Assembly (NCBI GenBank): GCA_046045965.1
Contig: JBJOKS010000030.1
Location: forward strand, 1-53,315
Length of the DNA: 53,315 nt
Reading direction: 5' to 3'
Source of the DNA: Cyanobacteriota bacterium
Lineage (GTDB): Bacteria; Cyanobacteriota; Cyanobacteriia; Cyanobacteriales; Nostocaceae
The notes beneath the pieces are model-generated. The model was not told the DNA's origin. It ran no database searches and worked only from the letters and a program-made list of their open reading frames with translations. The position numbers and the translations under genes are program-made. Numbering within the stretch: the stretch's first letter is position 1; each line of letters begins with the position of its first letter. Shown here in pieces: positions 10,022-21,770 of the stretch.

Positions 10022-12097
10022 TTATTGATAATGTCTGATCACCTCTGCAACAGACCAAGCTTGAGCGATCGCACCTCTGGGAAAATGGGGTTCATCACCA
10101 TCAAAAATTTCCGAAATTGAACCTAAACAACCATTAGATGAAAAATGATCTAACAACGGTTTCCAGTCAAAAGGTAAGGGTGTTTCCGGATAAAATCGTT
10201 CCCAAGCGCGAATATAAGCACCGATCAACCATGTCCAAACCGTACCTTGATGATAAGCGCGATCGCGTTGTTGCGGACTTCCTTCACATTTTCCCTGATA
10301 TTCTGGATCACTAGGATCAAGACTGCGTAAACCATAGGGAGTTAATAACCGCGAAGTTGCTAAGTCCACAACTTTTTGTCCCTGCTGTTGAGAAAAAGCA
10401 CAATGACGCAGAGATAAAGCTAAAATAGCATTGGGGCGAATTTGGGAATTACGACTATCATCTAAATCAATGAGATCATATAAATAACCTAACTGGGGAT
10501 GCCAAAATTTTTGTAAGGATATTTTTACCAGTTCTGCTTGTTGTTGATAACGTTGTTTTTGACTGATTAAACGACTAGAATGATCTATATATTCATGACT
10601 TAAATGTTCTGACCATTTAGTTAACCAACATAAAGCAGAATACCACAAGGCATTGATTTCTACTGCCTTACCGCAACGTGGTGTGACAGGTATTCCTTCT
10701 ATCAGTGCATCCATCCATGTTAATGCTACACCTTGAGCATCCCAAGAAACCAAACCATCAATAGCGTCAACTTGAATATTATAACGAGTACCGCTAATAA
10801 AAGCTTTATGAATTTGCTGCACAATGGGAAATTGTTCTAACAAAAATTCCCAATCTTGAGTAGTTTCTAAATAAAGTCCTAAAATTTCAATCCACCATAA
10901 AGCAGCATCAATACTATTATAAAATGGTTCGTTATCTACATCAGGAAAAGTATTAGGTATGAGTCCATGACGACAGTAACGTCCAAAGGTTTTTAACAGT
11001 CCTTTGGCAATTTCAAAACGTCCTGTTGTTAATGTTAATCCTGGTAAAGCAATTAATGTATCTCTTCCCCAATCATTAAACCAATGATATCCTGCAATCA
11101 CTGTAGGACCTGCTATGGAATCACGATAAACTATAAATTGATCACTAGCTTTGAATAGTTGTTGTTGAATAGGTGATAGCTGACAGGTAATAGGTGAAAG
11201 TAAAGAAGAAAGTGTCAGGTGAGAATTTTCTCCCCTCCTTCCTATTTCCTCATCTCCCCACTGAAAAATTTGAGCAAGTCTTTCTTGTTCTGCGTCTACT
11301 GCTTCTGTAAAACTATCAGGGGAAAAAATTTCTTGGGAGTCGGGTAAACCTACTTTAGCTTCTAGGGTGACTGTATCTCCTGGTTGCAAATTTACTGTTA
11401 AATATCCAGGACTATATAAATCTTGGCGATCGCCTAATCCCCTTTTTGTTTCTTCTGGTAAACTATAATTCCAGTACCATAACCCATCTGCTTGATATTT
11501 TCCCTGGGTCCAGCGTAAATGCCAAGGTGTACCAAAGTTACCACAATGGTTTATTTGTAAACACAGTATATTTTGATGGAGTAATTGGGAAAACTGGATT
11601 TTTTCATTACCTATTTGTTGATGGTGAAAATTGCGATCGCCTATTAACAACCTTAACCTTAAAATCCCTAAATCCTTACCCTCATACCGATATTGAATCA
11701 AAATTCTTTGGCTATTCTCCCTATTTCCCCATCTCTCCATCTCTCCATCTTTTCCTAGCAAACCATTTGGCATCATCAATTGTCTAGATAACTGCCAATT
11801 ATCCCCACTCCACACCCATTTGGGAACTGGGTGAATATCAAAATGGTGCAGAAACTTATAGCCTGTTGGTGCAATTTGACCACTACCCCATAAATTTGTC
11901 CCCAGTGCTATGACTTTCCCCGATATTTCTAAACTTGCTTCCAAGTGAGAAAGTAATAATTTTCGTCCTGAAGGTGGATTCGTAGCGGCAAATAACCAAC
12001 CATGATAAGTCCTTGTATGCACATCCGCAACTGTACCACTGGCAAAACCACCCAAGCCATTGGTTAGTAACCATTCTCTAGGATCTAAATCAGTCAT
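10022..12097 (-). CDS. Amylo-alpha-1,6-glucosidase (glycogen debranching enzyme)
   Basis: REWLLTNGLGGFASGT, AGYHWFNDWGRDT, TWMDA, YHQGTVW and QAWSVAE motifs. Confidence 0.95.
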   Translation of the reverse strand: MTDLDPREWLLTNGLGGFASGTVADVHTRTYHGWLFAATNPPSGRKLLLSHLEASLEISGKVIALGTNLWGSGQIAPTGYKFLHHFDIHPVPKWVWSGDNWQLSRQLMMPNGLLGKDGEMERWGNRENSQRILIQYRYEGKDLGILRLRLLIGDRNFHHQQIGNEKIQFSQLLHQNILCLQINHCGNFGTPWHLRWTQGKYQADGLWYWNYSLPEETKRGLGDRQDLYSPGYLTVNLQPGDTVTLEAKVGLPDSQEIFSPDSFTEAVDAEQERLAQIFQWGDEEIGRRGENSHLTLSSLLSPITCQLSPIQQQLFKASDQFIVYRDSIAGPTVIAGYHWFNDWGRDTLIALPGLTLTTGRFEIAKGLLKTFGRYCRHGLIPNTFPDVDNEPFYNSIDAALWWIEILGLYLETTQDWEFLLEQFPIVQQIHKAFISGTRYNIQVDAIDGLVSWDAQGVALTWMDALIEGIPVTPRCGKAVEINALWYSALCWLTKWSEHLSHEYIDHSSRLISQKQRYQQQAELVKISLQKFWHPQLGYLYDLIDLDDSRNSQIRPNAILALSLRHCAFSQQQGQKVVDLATSRLLTPYGLRSLDPSDPEYQGKCEGSPQQRDRAYHQGTVWTWLIGAYIRAWERFYPETPLPFDWKPLLDHFSSNGCLGSISEIFDGDEPHFPRGAIAQAWSVAEVIRHYQ

Positions 12098-12333
12098 TCG
12101 ATTTTGGATTTTGGATTTTATAGCAGGAGTCAGGAGACATGGGAGCAGGGGAGCAGAGGAGCAGAGGAGAAAATTCTTTCCCAGTCACCAATCACCTGTT
12201 CTCAAAATCGTAATGACTATGATATAGTCGTAACAGATCGTAACTAAACTGTGAGAAGCGTAGAAGGGTGAGTTTCAGTTGCCCCAAACTACCACACAAA
12301 AAAATGGATATAAATTGAAGGAGAACTAGGTTA

Positions 12334-12945
12334 ATGACGCTCACTTACGGAACAGAAGGATGCCTTCGTGTTGGTCAACAGGCTCCTGATTTTACAGCTA
12401 CAGCTGTGGCAGATCAAGAATTTAAGGATATTAAACTTTCCGACTATCGTGGTAAATATGTCGTTCTGTTTTTCTACCCATTAGACTTTACCTTTGTTTG
12501 CCCCACAGAGATCACAGCATTTAGCGATCGCTACGAAGAATTCAAAAATCTTAACACAGAAGTTCTCGGTGTCTCCGTAGATAGCGAATTTTCCCACCTG
12601 GCTTGGATTCAAACAGACCGTAAATCTGGTGGTGTTGGTGATTTAAATTATCCCCTAGTTTCCGACATCAAAAAAGAAATTAGCGCCGCTTACAACGTTC
12701 TCGACCCCGCTGCTGGTATTGCTTTGCGTGGTTTGTTTATTATTGACAAAGATGGCGTAATTCAACACGCTACCATCAACAACCTAGCCTTTGGTCGCAG
12801 CGTTGAAGAAACATTGCGTACATTACAAGCTATTCAGCACGTTCAATCTCACCCCGACGAAGTTTGTCCTGCTGGCTGGCAACCTGGAGAAAAAACAATG
12901 GTTCCCGATCCTGTGAAGTCCAAAGTTTACTTCGCAGCAGTGTAG
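12334..12945 (+). CDS. 2-Cys peroxiredoxin (AhpC/TSA)
   Basis: [14 protein letters not shown] and EVCPAGW motifs. Confidence 0.97.
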   Translation: MTLTYGTEGCLRVGQQAPDFTATAVADQEFKDIKLSDYRGKYVVLFFYPLDFTFVCPTEITAFSDRYEEFKNLNTEVLGVSVDSEFSHLAWIQTDRKSGGVGDLNYPLVSDIKKEISAAYNVLDPAAGIALRGLFIIDKDGVIQHATINNLAFGRSVEETLRTLQAIQHVQSHPDEVCPAGWQPGEKTMVPDPVKSKVYFAAV

Positions 12946-13084
12946 AAGGCAGGAGGCAGGAGGCAGAAGGCAGAAGGAAGAAGGAAGACAGGAGGTCTAT
13001 AATTCTCCGCATCTCCCCCATCTACCCATCCTCCTGGCTTTCTCTTTTCACATTATTTATTAAATTTTAATTTCTAATTATTTT

Positions 13085-13669
<585 letters not shown>

Positions 13670-13834
13670 TTAGAAGAATAATAATAAATGACTAATGAGG
13701 TAAAAAAATATTTGCGTTCATCTGCGTTCATCTGTGTTCAATTATTAATTCTTATCCCTCATCAGAATGGGAATTGTTATCACTGATCACTGATAATAAT
13801 GTAAAATAAAAATTGATAATTTAATTTAAGATGT

Positions 13835-14491
13835 TTGAGCATGATTACACTTTATCATACACCAATTTCTCCCAATTCTCGCCGAGTCTGGATCACACTC
13901 ATAGAAAAAGGATTGGAATTTGAACTGGTAGAAGTTAACTTAGGTGGAGATCAATTTAAACCAGAATTTTTAGCAATTAACCCTTTTCATCATATTCCCG
14001 CTTTGGTTGATGACGGCTTTAATGTAGTTGAATCCTTAGCAATTTTAGATTATTTAGAAGCTAAATATCCCACACCCTCAATGTTGCCAAAAGATGCAAA
14101 AGATTTAGCAAAAGTGAAAATGGTAGAAATGGTCAGCGTTAATGAATTATTACCTTCATTGACACCAATGATGTCTGTGATATTTGATTTACCAGGAAAA
14201 AATCCAGAAGCAATAGAACAAGCTAAAACTAAAGTTAGTACAGCATTACAATTTTTTGAGAACCTGTTGGATGAGCGTGAATATTTCGGTAGTGATAGCT
14301 TAACTTTAGCTGATGTGGTAGCAGGAAGTATAGTACCGTGGATTCCACAAACGGGTATTTCCTTAGATGAATATTCAAAATTAAAAACTTGGTGCGATCG
14401 CTTAGTTGCACGTCCAGCATGGGAAACTACCCAAGCGACACCAGAAATGATAAAAGGTTTTCGGAAACTGTTAATGGCGAGAATGGGATAA
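13835..14491 (+). CDS. Glutathione S-transferase family protein
   Basis: SPNSRRV, INPFHHIPAL, ESLAILDYL and LTLADV motifs; start may be ATG 13841. Confidence 0.93.
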   Translation: MSMITLYHTPISPNSRRVWITLIEKGLEFELVEVNLGGDQFKPEFLAINPFHHIPALVDDGFNVVESLAILDYLEAKYPTPSMLPKDAKDLAKVKMVEMVSVNELLPSLTPMMSVIFDLPGKNPEAIEQAKTKVSTALQFFENLLDEREYFGSDSLTLADVVAGSIVPWIPQTGISLDEYSKLKTWCDRLVARPAWETTQATPEMIKGFRKLLMARMG

Positions 14492-14586
14492 TTTAGCAGG
14501 TGATAGGGGACAGAAAATAGATAAAAATTCAAAAGCCAGAGACAAGAGTTTATTTTTTCCCCTACACCCCTACACCCTAACTAGGG

Positions 14587-14690
14587 TAAGCTGTTACCCA
14601 GCTAAATTTTATTATCGTTATATAGTTAAGTCTTGTGGTGCGGGCCGGACAGCCCGTTAGACTTATACAAATTAAATGCACAACAGCTTA
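14587..14690. repeat. ~104-bp MITE-like element
   Basis: Terminal inverted repeats taagctgtt/aacagctta; internal hairpin taagtct...cgggc/gcccg...agactta. Confidence 0.55.
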
Positions 14691-14705
14691 ATACAGGACG
14701 TAGGT

Positions 14706-15965
14706 TTACCAAGGTCCCCAGATAGCAAAGGTTATGCCTGGAGTCTGCATATTAACAAACATCGTCTGACCATCAGGGGAGAAGCAGACCCCAGCGAATT
14801 CTGATGTGTTGAGGGCATTTTTGGCAAACTTGTAAAGAGCGCCAGTGGGAGTAATACCCAGAATGTAATCTGTTCCATCCCCATCTTCACAGAGGAAGAT
14901 GTCCCGGTTGGGGAAAACCACAAGATTATCAGGATTGTCCAGTGTACCAGGATTGTTAGGTTCAATATAGAGTTCAACAGTATTATTAGCAGGGGAATAA
15001 CGCCATATTTGACCATCTCCAGAACTACCTCCACTCTTGCAAGTGAAGTAGACATAACCACTGCCATAAAAGATGCCTTCCCCACCTGAAAACCTAGCGG
15101 CACCATTGTTATACCCTTCTATTCTGACAGTATCAGAGGTGGGATCAGGATTGTTAATTTGTACCCATTCCACCGCCCTGGGCTGATTTTGGGGAAAACC
15201 TGTAGCCGTGTTGATTCCAGGCGACACTGTAATCTTTAAAGCATATAGGGAGCCGCCAGCACTTAGGTTATTGCTTTGGTTAGGAATGAAGCGGTAAAAA
15301 AGCCCGTCTCCCCGGTCTTCTGTCATGTAGATATACCCTGTGTTGGGGTCTACAGCAGCAGCCTCGTGATTAAAACGCCCCATCGCTGTTAGTGGGACAG
15401 GGGTGACAAAAGTGGTGGCGCTACTGGGTACTTCAAAAACATAGCCATGCTTCTTGGTGTTATTGGTTTCAAAAGTTTCCTCACAGCTTAACCAAGATCC
15501 CCAAGGCGTAAGACCACCAGCACAATTACGAATGGTTCCTGCTAGGACTCCCCGATGATCTAGCAAGATGCCGGAAGGATTAACAACTAATTTAGTGCAA
15601 CCGCCCCTCGCCTTTGTGTTGTACTTCTTGTTATTGGGAGCGCCCAAACCGTTACTAGAAGAGGGAGCGAGTTCGTGGTTGCGAATGAGAATTGTATTGC
15701 CATTAGAATCTGAAAAGGCACCCATACCATCATGACCACCTGGTACCTTGTAACCATCATTCATCGTTTGACCTGTTTCCGACAGTCTGCGATAGGTGAA
15801 TCCAGGTGGTAAATCTAATACTCCTAATGGGTCAGGAACTAAATTTCCGTAGGGACCAGCAGCGATCGCACGTTTGGCATAGAAGGCTTGCAAAGGAGAT
15901 AGAAGAAGCGCACCTGTAGCTGATGCCCCTGCCATCGTAAAAAACTTACGTCTCGATAGATTCAA
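14706..15965 (-). CDS. phoX: PhoX-family (DUF839) alkaline phosphatase, Tat-exported
   Basis: Tat motif SRRKFF; HDGMGAF, RNHE, NCAGGLTPWGSWLSCEE, GRFNHEA and DNPDN motifs; likely TTG start at 15965 behind RBS agggag. Confidence 0.88.
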   Translation of the reverse strand: MNLSRRKFFTMAGASATGALLLSPLQAFYAKRAIAAGPYGNLVPDPLGVLDLPPGFTYRRLSETGQTMNDGYKVPGGHDGMGAFSDSNGNTILIRNHELAPSSSNGLGAPNNKKYNTKARGGCTKLVVNPSGILLDHRGVLAGTIRNCAGGLTPWGSWLSCEETFETNNTKKHGYVFEVPSSATTFVTPVPLTAMGRFNHEAAAVDPNTGYIYMTEDRGDGLFYRFIPNQSNNLSAGGSLYALKITVSPGINTATGFPQNQPRAVEWVQINNPDPTSDTVRIEGYNNGAARFSGGEGIFYGSGYVYFTCKSGGSSGDGQIWRYSPANNTVELYIEPNNPGTLDNPDNLVVFPNRDIFLCEDGDGTDYILGITPTGALYKFAKNALNTSEFAGVCFSPDGQTMFVNMQTPGITFAIWGPW

Positions 15966-16049
15966 AGTATTATACTCCCTAATATTGTGGAGGGGGTTTA
16001 TTTTGTTGTAAATAACCAACCTCAATTATGTAGGAGGAAGATATTTTTG

Positions 16050-16079
16050 AAATTAATAATAGGTTAAAAAACGATTAAA
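16050..16079 (-). promoter_or_regulatory. Pho box (SphR/PhoB site) upstream of phoX
   Basis: Minus strand reads TTTAATCG-ttt-TTTAACCT-att-ATTAATTT: three YTTAAYYW-like units at 11-bp period. Confidence 0.7.
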
Positions 16080-16384
16080 CAATTATTTATCGTACTCTTT
16101 GTAGCGTAGGCTATTTGGCTTCTGTGGTATTACAAAAGTGTGTGTCGAAGTCATGATCTTGCTTTCATCCAACTGATAATCAAAAAAATAATTTCCTGGT
16201 TGTGAAATCCAAATTAATATTAAAAATTTTAACAGTTTATTATTAACAACATACAGCAAGCAGATTGCAGAAAAGCCAGACAGCAAGCCAGTTTTACTCC
16301 TGACAGCGTAGCTTGGCGTCAGCCATATTCTGCTGTATTAGCAATAGGGGAAAAAAACGGTTTTTCTTCCCCTACACCCTTGTT

Positions 16385-17377
16385 TTATAATTTAACCTGT
16401 GCCAAATGACTGCGGGGGTTGTAAGTGCGGATAGCCCGGAGTTTTTCATAATATTCTCGCTCCTGGGGGGTGAGGTCTTTTGGAGGTGCGATCGCTACCT
16501 TCACCATCTGATCACCACGTCCACCCTTAGCTAGAGGCCAACCCTTACCACGTAAGCGCAGAGACTGACCAGAACGGACTCCCGCAGGTAGCTTAACATT
16601 GACATTACCATCGGGTGTAGGTACATCAATAGCAGCACCCAAAGTAGCCTCATCAGGAGTAATTAGCACTTCACAAACGAGATTATCACCTTCTATTTGG
16701 AAAAAAGAATGGGGTTGTAGTTCTATCTTTAAATATAAATCTCCCCGTTGTTGAGTCATGGGGTTAACTTGACCCTTACCCCTTACCCGCAAACGAGTAC
16801 CAGTTTTTGCACCTGCGGGGATGCGAACATCAATAGTTTCGTTACCCAAATTAAAACGTTTTTGAACCCCTGCGAAAGCTTCAGCAAAAGTTAAGCTAAT
16901 TACAGCTTCGCTATCTTGGGCTGCACCAGCACCAGCATCTGGAAAACCAAAATCATTAAAACCGCCATAACCGGCACCTGGTCTACCTGTGGAAGTGCGA
17001 TAAGAGTAACTTTGTCTGCCAGTACGGGGTCCTGCGCCACCAAATAATTCATTGATGAAATCATTAAAACTACCGTATTGACTGAAGTCAAAGCCGCCCA
17101 TATCAGCACCAGCCGCACCACCGGGGAAACCACCTTCCCCTACTTGCTTCCAATATTGACCATATTGGTCATATTTTTTGCGTTTATCTGGGTCAGAGAG
17201 AACTTCGTAAGCTTCGTTAACTTCTTTGAATTTTGCCTCTGCTTGCTTGTTACCGGGGTTAACGTCCGGGTGGAACTTGCGGGCTAGTTTACGAAAAGCT
17301 TGTTTAATTTCTTCTGGACTGGCAGTTTTAGTAATTCCTAAAATTGAGTAATAGTCTTTAAAGTCCGTTGCAGCCAT
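16385..17377 (-). CDS. DnaJ-family chaperone (CbpA-like, no zinc finger)
   Basis: J domain with HPD motif, G/F-rich linker and C-terminal DnaJ_C domain. Confidence 0.93.
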   Translation of the reverse strand: MAATDFKDYYSILGITKTASPEEIKQAFRKLARKFHPDVNPGNKQAEAKFKEVNEAYEVLSDPDKRKKYDQYGQYWKQVGEGGFPGGAAGADMGGFDFSQYGSFNDFINELFGGAGPRTGRQSYSYRTSTGRPGAGYGGFNDFGFPDAGAGAAQDSEAVISLTFAEAFAGVQKRFNLGNETIDVRIPAGAKTGTRLRVRGKGQVNPMTQQRGDLYLKIELQPHSFFQIEGDNLVCEVLITPDEATLGAAIDVPTPDGNVNVKLPAGVRSGQSLRLRGKGWPLAKGGRGDQMVKVAIAPPKDLTPQEREYYEKLRAIRTYNPRSHLAQVKL

Positions 17378-17685
17378 CTACCAGCCTCCTGTAGAAATTT
17401 AAGTTATGTTTTTTTCTAAGATTTGAGATTTACTGTTTGCCTAGTCTAATGCCAGGCAAAATAATTCTGATATTAAATTAGCAAAGAATAGCAAAAATCA
17501 AGTGTGGTTGTCGCTCATAGTGGCAGGGAAATTACCGTACTTTTGAGGAGGTAGGAGGCAGGAGGCAGAAGGCAGGAGGTAGAAGGCAGGAGGTAAATAT
17601 TTCTTACCATCACCCTACACCCTATTCCCTGTTTTTTGACTTTTGACTTGATTTTTCTCCTCATCACCCCATAACCTCACCTGAT

Positions 17686-18141
17686 TTACTTATAAAGAAT
17701 TTCATCTAGTCCTTCGTCTAAACTGGGGGGAGCATCCCGGAGTTGGCGGTGCATTCGCAAAATAACGTCTTCTGGAACTTGGCGATCGCGCCTTTTATTG
17801 CGTGTCAAACACAGCCAAACTGGAGTTTTTACCCATAGCCCGGTAATGTGAGTAAAACCGAGTTCACGGGCTAATTCTATGATATCCCGGCGATGTCGTC
17901 TTTGGGCATTGGTAGCATCAAAAATAGTGGGTATCTCTGCGGTAGTGGCTTGCTGAAATTGTGTTTCTATTGCCCGCCAAATCAATGGCCAAGGTCCTTG
18001 AGTTGCTTGGGAACCAAAAAGCTGCCCCCGGATGACATCTGTGGAAATTAGCTGCATCTGGGGACATTCTGTCAGTAATTGTTTTGCCAATGTTGACTTG
18101 CCACTACCAGGAAGACCAATTAGCAAAAGTAGTTTAGTCAT
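17686..18141 (-). CDS. AAA_33-type P-loop kinase
   Basis: GLPGSGKST, FDATN and RNKRRDRQVPEDVI motifs. Confidence 0.85.
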   Translation of the reverse strand: MTKLLLLIGLPGSGKSTLAKQLLTECPQMQLISTDVIRGQLFGSQATQGPWPLIWRAIETQFQQATTAEIPTIFDATNAQRRHRRDIIELARELGFTHITGLWVKTPVWLCLTRNKRRDRQVPEDVILRMHRQLRDAPPSLDEGLDEILYK

Positions 18142-18145
18142 TGGG

Positions 18146-18252
18146 GACAGGTGACAGGTGACAGGTGACAGGTGACAGAAATCAATTAAAAATTAAAAAT
18201 TAAAAATTAAAAAACTCTTGCCTTTTGCCTCTTGCCTCTTGCCTCTTGCCTT
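18146..18252. repeat. Compound STRR runs (GACAGGT)n, (AAAATTA)n and (TTGCCTC)n
   Basis: Three consecutive heptamer/hexamer runs; similar (AGGCAGG)n runs at about 12946-12995 and 17551-17594. Confidence 0.85.
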
Positions 18253-18267
18253 TTACCAATTACCAGA

Positions 18268-19557
18268 CTAAATAACTGTGCCATCAGGAATGACAGCATT
18301 TTTGAGAACAACCACAATTCCACTACGAATGTAGAAGCCTTGTTTTTCTCGTTCGGCTTCTTGGACATTATCTTTATTGACAATTTTCACATCATGACCG
18401 ATGCGGGCATTTTTATCAATGATAGCTCGGCGAATGATGGTGTCTGTACCAATACCTACAGGTATGTCACCTTGTTCGAGGCTACATTGGCGTTCTACAG
18501 AGGGTTGATAATAGTCAGCACCCATGAGTAGGGATTCTTCAATTATACAGCCTGATTCAATCCGCGATCGCACTCCCAAAACTGAATGCTGAATGCGGCA
18601 GTTTTTCAAAATACAACCTTCGCCAATCATTGATTCTGTAATATCACAATTCAACAATTTAGAGGGAGGTAAATAACGAGCGCGGGTATAAATTGGTGCT
18701 GCTTCATCATAGAAGCTAAAAGGCGGCATTGGTTGTTGCGTCAGGGCCAAATTCGCATGATAAAAAGCCTCAATTGTGCCAATATCTTCCCAGTAACCAT
18801 CAAACAGATAAGCTTGAACGTTGTGATCTTTAGCCGCATCAGGAATAATTTCTTTACCAAAATCAGTCCGTTCTAAAGATTCTTTCAACAGTTTGATCAA
18901 AACATCTTTTTTAAAGACATAAATCCCCATCGAAGCGATGTAGGGCTGTAATTCAGCTTGTTCTTTAGTTAAACCCAGTACGGTAGTATCTACGCGCATT
19001 TGTGCTAAAGCTTCACCTTTGGGTTTTTCGCTAAAGTCAATTACCCTACCGGAGTTGTCGATTTTCATCAAACCAAAATCGGAAGCACGACGATCATCAA
19101 TAGGGATGACAGAAAGGGTAATATCCGCATTTGTGTCTCTGTGACGCTGGATAAACTGACGGTAATCCATGCGATAGAGGTGATCACCTGATAGAATCAG
19201 AAATTCGTCTACATCCCAATCCTGCAACATCCAGATATACTGACGCACAGCATCGGCTGTACCTTGGAACCAGTTGGGGTTTTCTGGTGTTTGCTGTGCT
19301 GCTAACACTTCCACAAACCCATCACTAAAGCCGCTGAAGTTGTAGGCGCGGGCAATGTGACGATTCAGGGAAGCTGAGTTAAACTGTGTCAGGACGTAGA
19401 TTTTAAATATCTCTGAATTGATGCAGTTGCTGACAGGGATATCTATTAAGCGATATTTCCCAGCCACTGGTACTGCGGGTTTAGCGCGGAGTTTGGTTAG
19501 CGGATATAGCCGTGTACCCGCACCCCCACCAAGTATGATTGCTAAAACTTTTTTCAC
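18268..19557 (-). CDS. glgC: Glucose-1-phosphate adenylyltransferase (ADP-glucose pyrophosphorylase)
   Basis: [41 protein letters not shown] and YWEDIGT motifs. Confidence 0.98.
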   Translation of the reverse strand: MKKVLAIILGGGAGTRLYPLTKLRAKPAVPVAGKYRLIDIPVSNCINSEIFKIYVLTQFNSASLNRHIARAYNFSGFSDGFVEVLAAQQTPENPNWFQGTADAVRQYIWMLQDWDVDEFLILSGDHLYRMDYRQFIQRHRDTNADITLSVIPIDDRRASDFGLMKIDNSGRVIDFSEKPKGEALAQMRVDTTVLGLTKEQAELQPYIASMGIYVFKKDVLIKLLKESLERTDFGKEIIPDAAKDHNVQAYLFDGYWEDIGTIEAFYHANLALTQQPMPPFSFYDEAAPIYTRARYLPPSKLLNCDITESMIGEGCILKNCRIQHSVLGVRSRIESGCIIEESLLMGADYYQPSVERQCSLEQGDIPVGIGTDTIIRRAIIDKNARIGHDVKIVNKDNVQEAEREKQGFYIRSGIVVVLKNAVIPDGTVI

Positions 19558-19894
19558 AAAATTTCTCCAGACTGCCTTTCAACTCTCACCTACAGTTTAG
19601 GACTCTATGTGGCAGCTGATAAGGGGGGATCAAAGAATCTTGGGGAAGAATTTTTGAGATGGGGGTTTGGTACGGAAAGTAGAACTAATGTATTAATGAT
19701 TGTAGAAACTGGGAAAGGGGGGTGGATGGGGTGCGATCGCTCTACAAACAGTCAAGCTGATAATATTGAGTTAAGCAAGAGGAAAAAACAAATCATGGTC
19801 TCATGTTTTCCTGTAGCATTCAAATTTAGTATGATTGCGAAAGAACTATTGATAGGCTCTTGTCTCCTTAATTCAGCGTAGAAAGTGTAACTAT

Positions 19895-21067
19895 ATGAGA
19901 TTAGATTTTGTAGAATATTGTGAAGATGAAGGTAGGCCAAGTGAGTGGCGTATAGATGGTTGTCAATTAGGTAATGTAAATTTAATAGTTGGTAAAAATG
20001 CCTCTGGTAAATCGAGAATACTTAAAGCGATTAATTTTTTAGCAAATTTGCTATGTGGTGACGAAATGCTGAGACCTGAACATAGGTCAAGAAAATGGAA
20101 ATTAATCTTTTCTAATACGGAAAAAATACATTATATAGATTACATATTAATAGTTGATAATGGTCTTGTAGTTAAAGAGAATTTTACTATTGACTCTAAG
20201 ACTTATCTTGAAAGGAATAATTCAGGCGAGGGTAAAGTTTGGGCTGAAAAACTAAAAACAGAAATCGACTTTCAGACTCCTATTCATGAAATTGCTGCTT
20301 TAAAACGGAGAGATTCTATCCAACATCCTTTTTTTGATGAAATTTACAATTGGGCAAACTCATTAAATTATTATCAATTCGCTACAGATTTAGGAAAAGG
20401 TCGCGTTGCATTTGCTAACTCGACAAAGATAGAATCAAAAGATACAGAGCAAGTCATTGAAATATTCAATTCAGGTCAAGAAGACTTCGGAGAAAATTTC
20501 ATTGAAGCTATAAAATCAGATATGGCATCTGTAGGTTATAACATATCTGAAATAGGAATAAAAATACCATATGATCTATTAGTGTTAACTGAAAAGGAAT
20601 TAATTCCAGATTATCAATATCTTTATGTTCAAGAAAGTGATCTAAAAGATAAAACTGAGCAAGCAATAATGTCTCAAGGTATGTTTAGAGTATTATCTCT
20701 AATCATTCAAGTAAACTATTCACTTTTAGCTAAAAAACCCAGTTGCATTTTAATAGATGATATTGGTGAAGGACTAGACTTTGAAAGATCATCAGCGATG
20801 ATTAAGTTACTTATTAGTAAAGCTGAAGCCGAAAATGGATTAGTTCAGTTAATTATGACTACCAATGACAGCTTTATTATGAATGGTGTTTCTTTAGATT
20901 ATTGGTCAGTTATTGAGAGGAAACCAGGATTGGCAAAATTGCATAATATACATAATTCACAGCAAATATTTGAAGATTTTAAATTTATTGGCTTAAATAA
21001 TTTTGATTTTTTTGAAACTCAATTTTATTTAAAAGGATTTGGCGATGAGGAGAATATAGAAGAGTGA
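19895..21067 (+). CDS. ABC/AAA_21-type ATPase (defence-associated type)
   Basis: Walker A GKNASGKS, signature MSQG and Walker B ILIDDIGEGLD. Confidence 0.85.
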   Translation: MRLDFVEYCEDEGRPSEWRIDGCQLGNVNLIVGKNASGKSRILKAINFLANLLCGDEMLRPEHRSRKWKLIFSNTEKIHYIDYILIVDNGLVVKENFTIDSKTYLERNNSGEGKVWAEKLKTEIDFQTPIHEIAALKRRDSIQHPFFDEIYNWANSLNYYQFATDLGKGRVAFANSTKIESKDTEQVIEIFNSGQEDFGENFIEAIKSDMASVGYNISEIGIKIPYDLLVLTEKELIPDYQYLYVQESDLKDKTEQAIMSQGMFRVLSLIIQVNYSLLAKKPSCILIDDIGEGLDFERSSAMIKLLISKAEAENGLVQLIMTTNDSFIMNGVSLDYWSVIERKPGLAKLHNIHNSQQIFEDFKFIGLNNFDFFETQFYLKGFGDEENIEE

Positions 21068-21765
21068 AAAAATTAGCTATCTTTGTAGAAGGTAAAACAG
21101 AACAAATTTTTGTAGAAAAATTACTTCAAGAAATTGCTGATAAAAATAGCATTGCGATAGAAATAATTGCAGTAAATGCTAATCAAAAAGGCAAAGATAT
21201 TTCTACAATCAAGTCGGCTGTTGTTACTTCCGAAACAAAATTTTATGTTTTAATTTATAACTCGTCTGGACACAAAAATGTAGGTTCAGATATGAGAAAA
21301 CAGTATAGTAAGCTAATTACATCTGGCTATGAGAGAGTTATTGGATTAAGAGATGTTGATCCAACACCCATACATCAAAAATCTAAACTGCAACATGATT
21401 TAGATTTTCTCTTACCCAAAGGATCAATTCCTATAAATGTAGTTCTTGCTGTCATGGAAGTAGAAGCATGGTTTTTAGCAGAATATAATCATTTTATTAA
21501 AATAGATTCCAGTTTAACACCTGATAAAATTAAGCAACTTTTTGGTTTTAATCCTCAAACTGATGATATGGAAGCACGTCTTAAACCTGCGGATGACATC
21601 AAACAAATTTATAATCATGTAGGAAAAGGTTATAATAAAAGTGAAAGACAAATCAATAGATTAGCAGCTAATTTAGATTATGAATTTATATATATTAAAC
21701 TTGTCAATCGTGTTCCTAGTCTGGGAGAATTTATTAGGTATATTGACAAATTCATAACTTATTAG
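21064..21765 (+). CDS. DUF4276-like TOPRIM-fold protein
   Basis: IFVEGKTEQIF, GLRDV and MEVEAWFLA motifs; overlaps the ATPase stop (GTGA). Confidence 0.75.
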   Translation: MKKLAIFVEGKTEQIFVEKLLQEIADKNSIAIEIIAVNANQKGKDISTIKSAVVTSETKFYVLIYNSSGHKNVGSDMRKQYSKLITSGYERVIGLRDVDPTPIHQKSKLQHDLDFLLPKGSIPINVVLAVMEVEAWFLAEYNHFIKIDSSLTPDKIKQLFGFNPQTDDMEARLKPADDIKQIYNHVGKGYNKSERQINRLAANLDYEFIYIKLVNRVPSLGEFIRYIDKFITY

Positions 21766-21770
21766 TAAAT

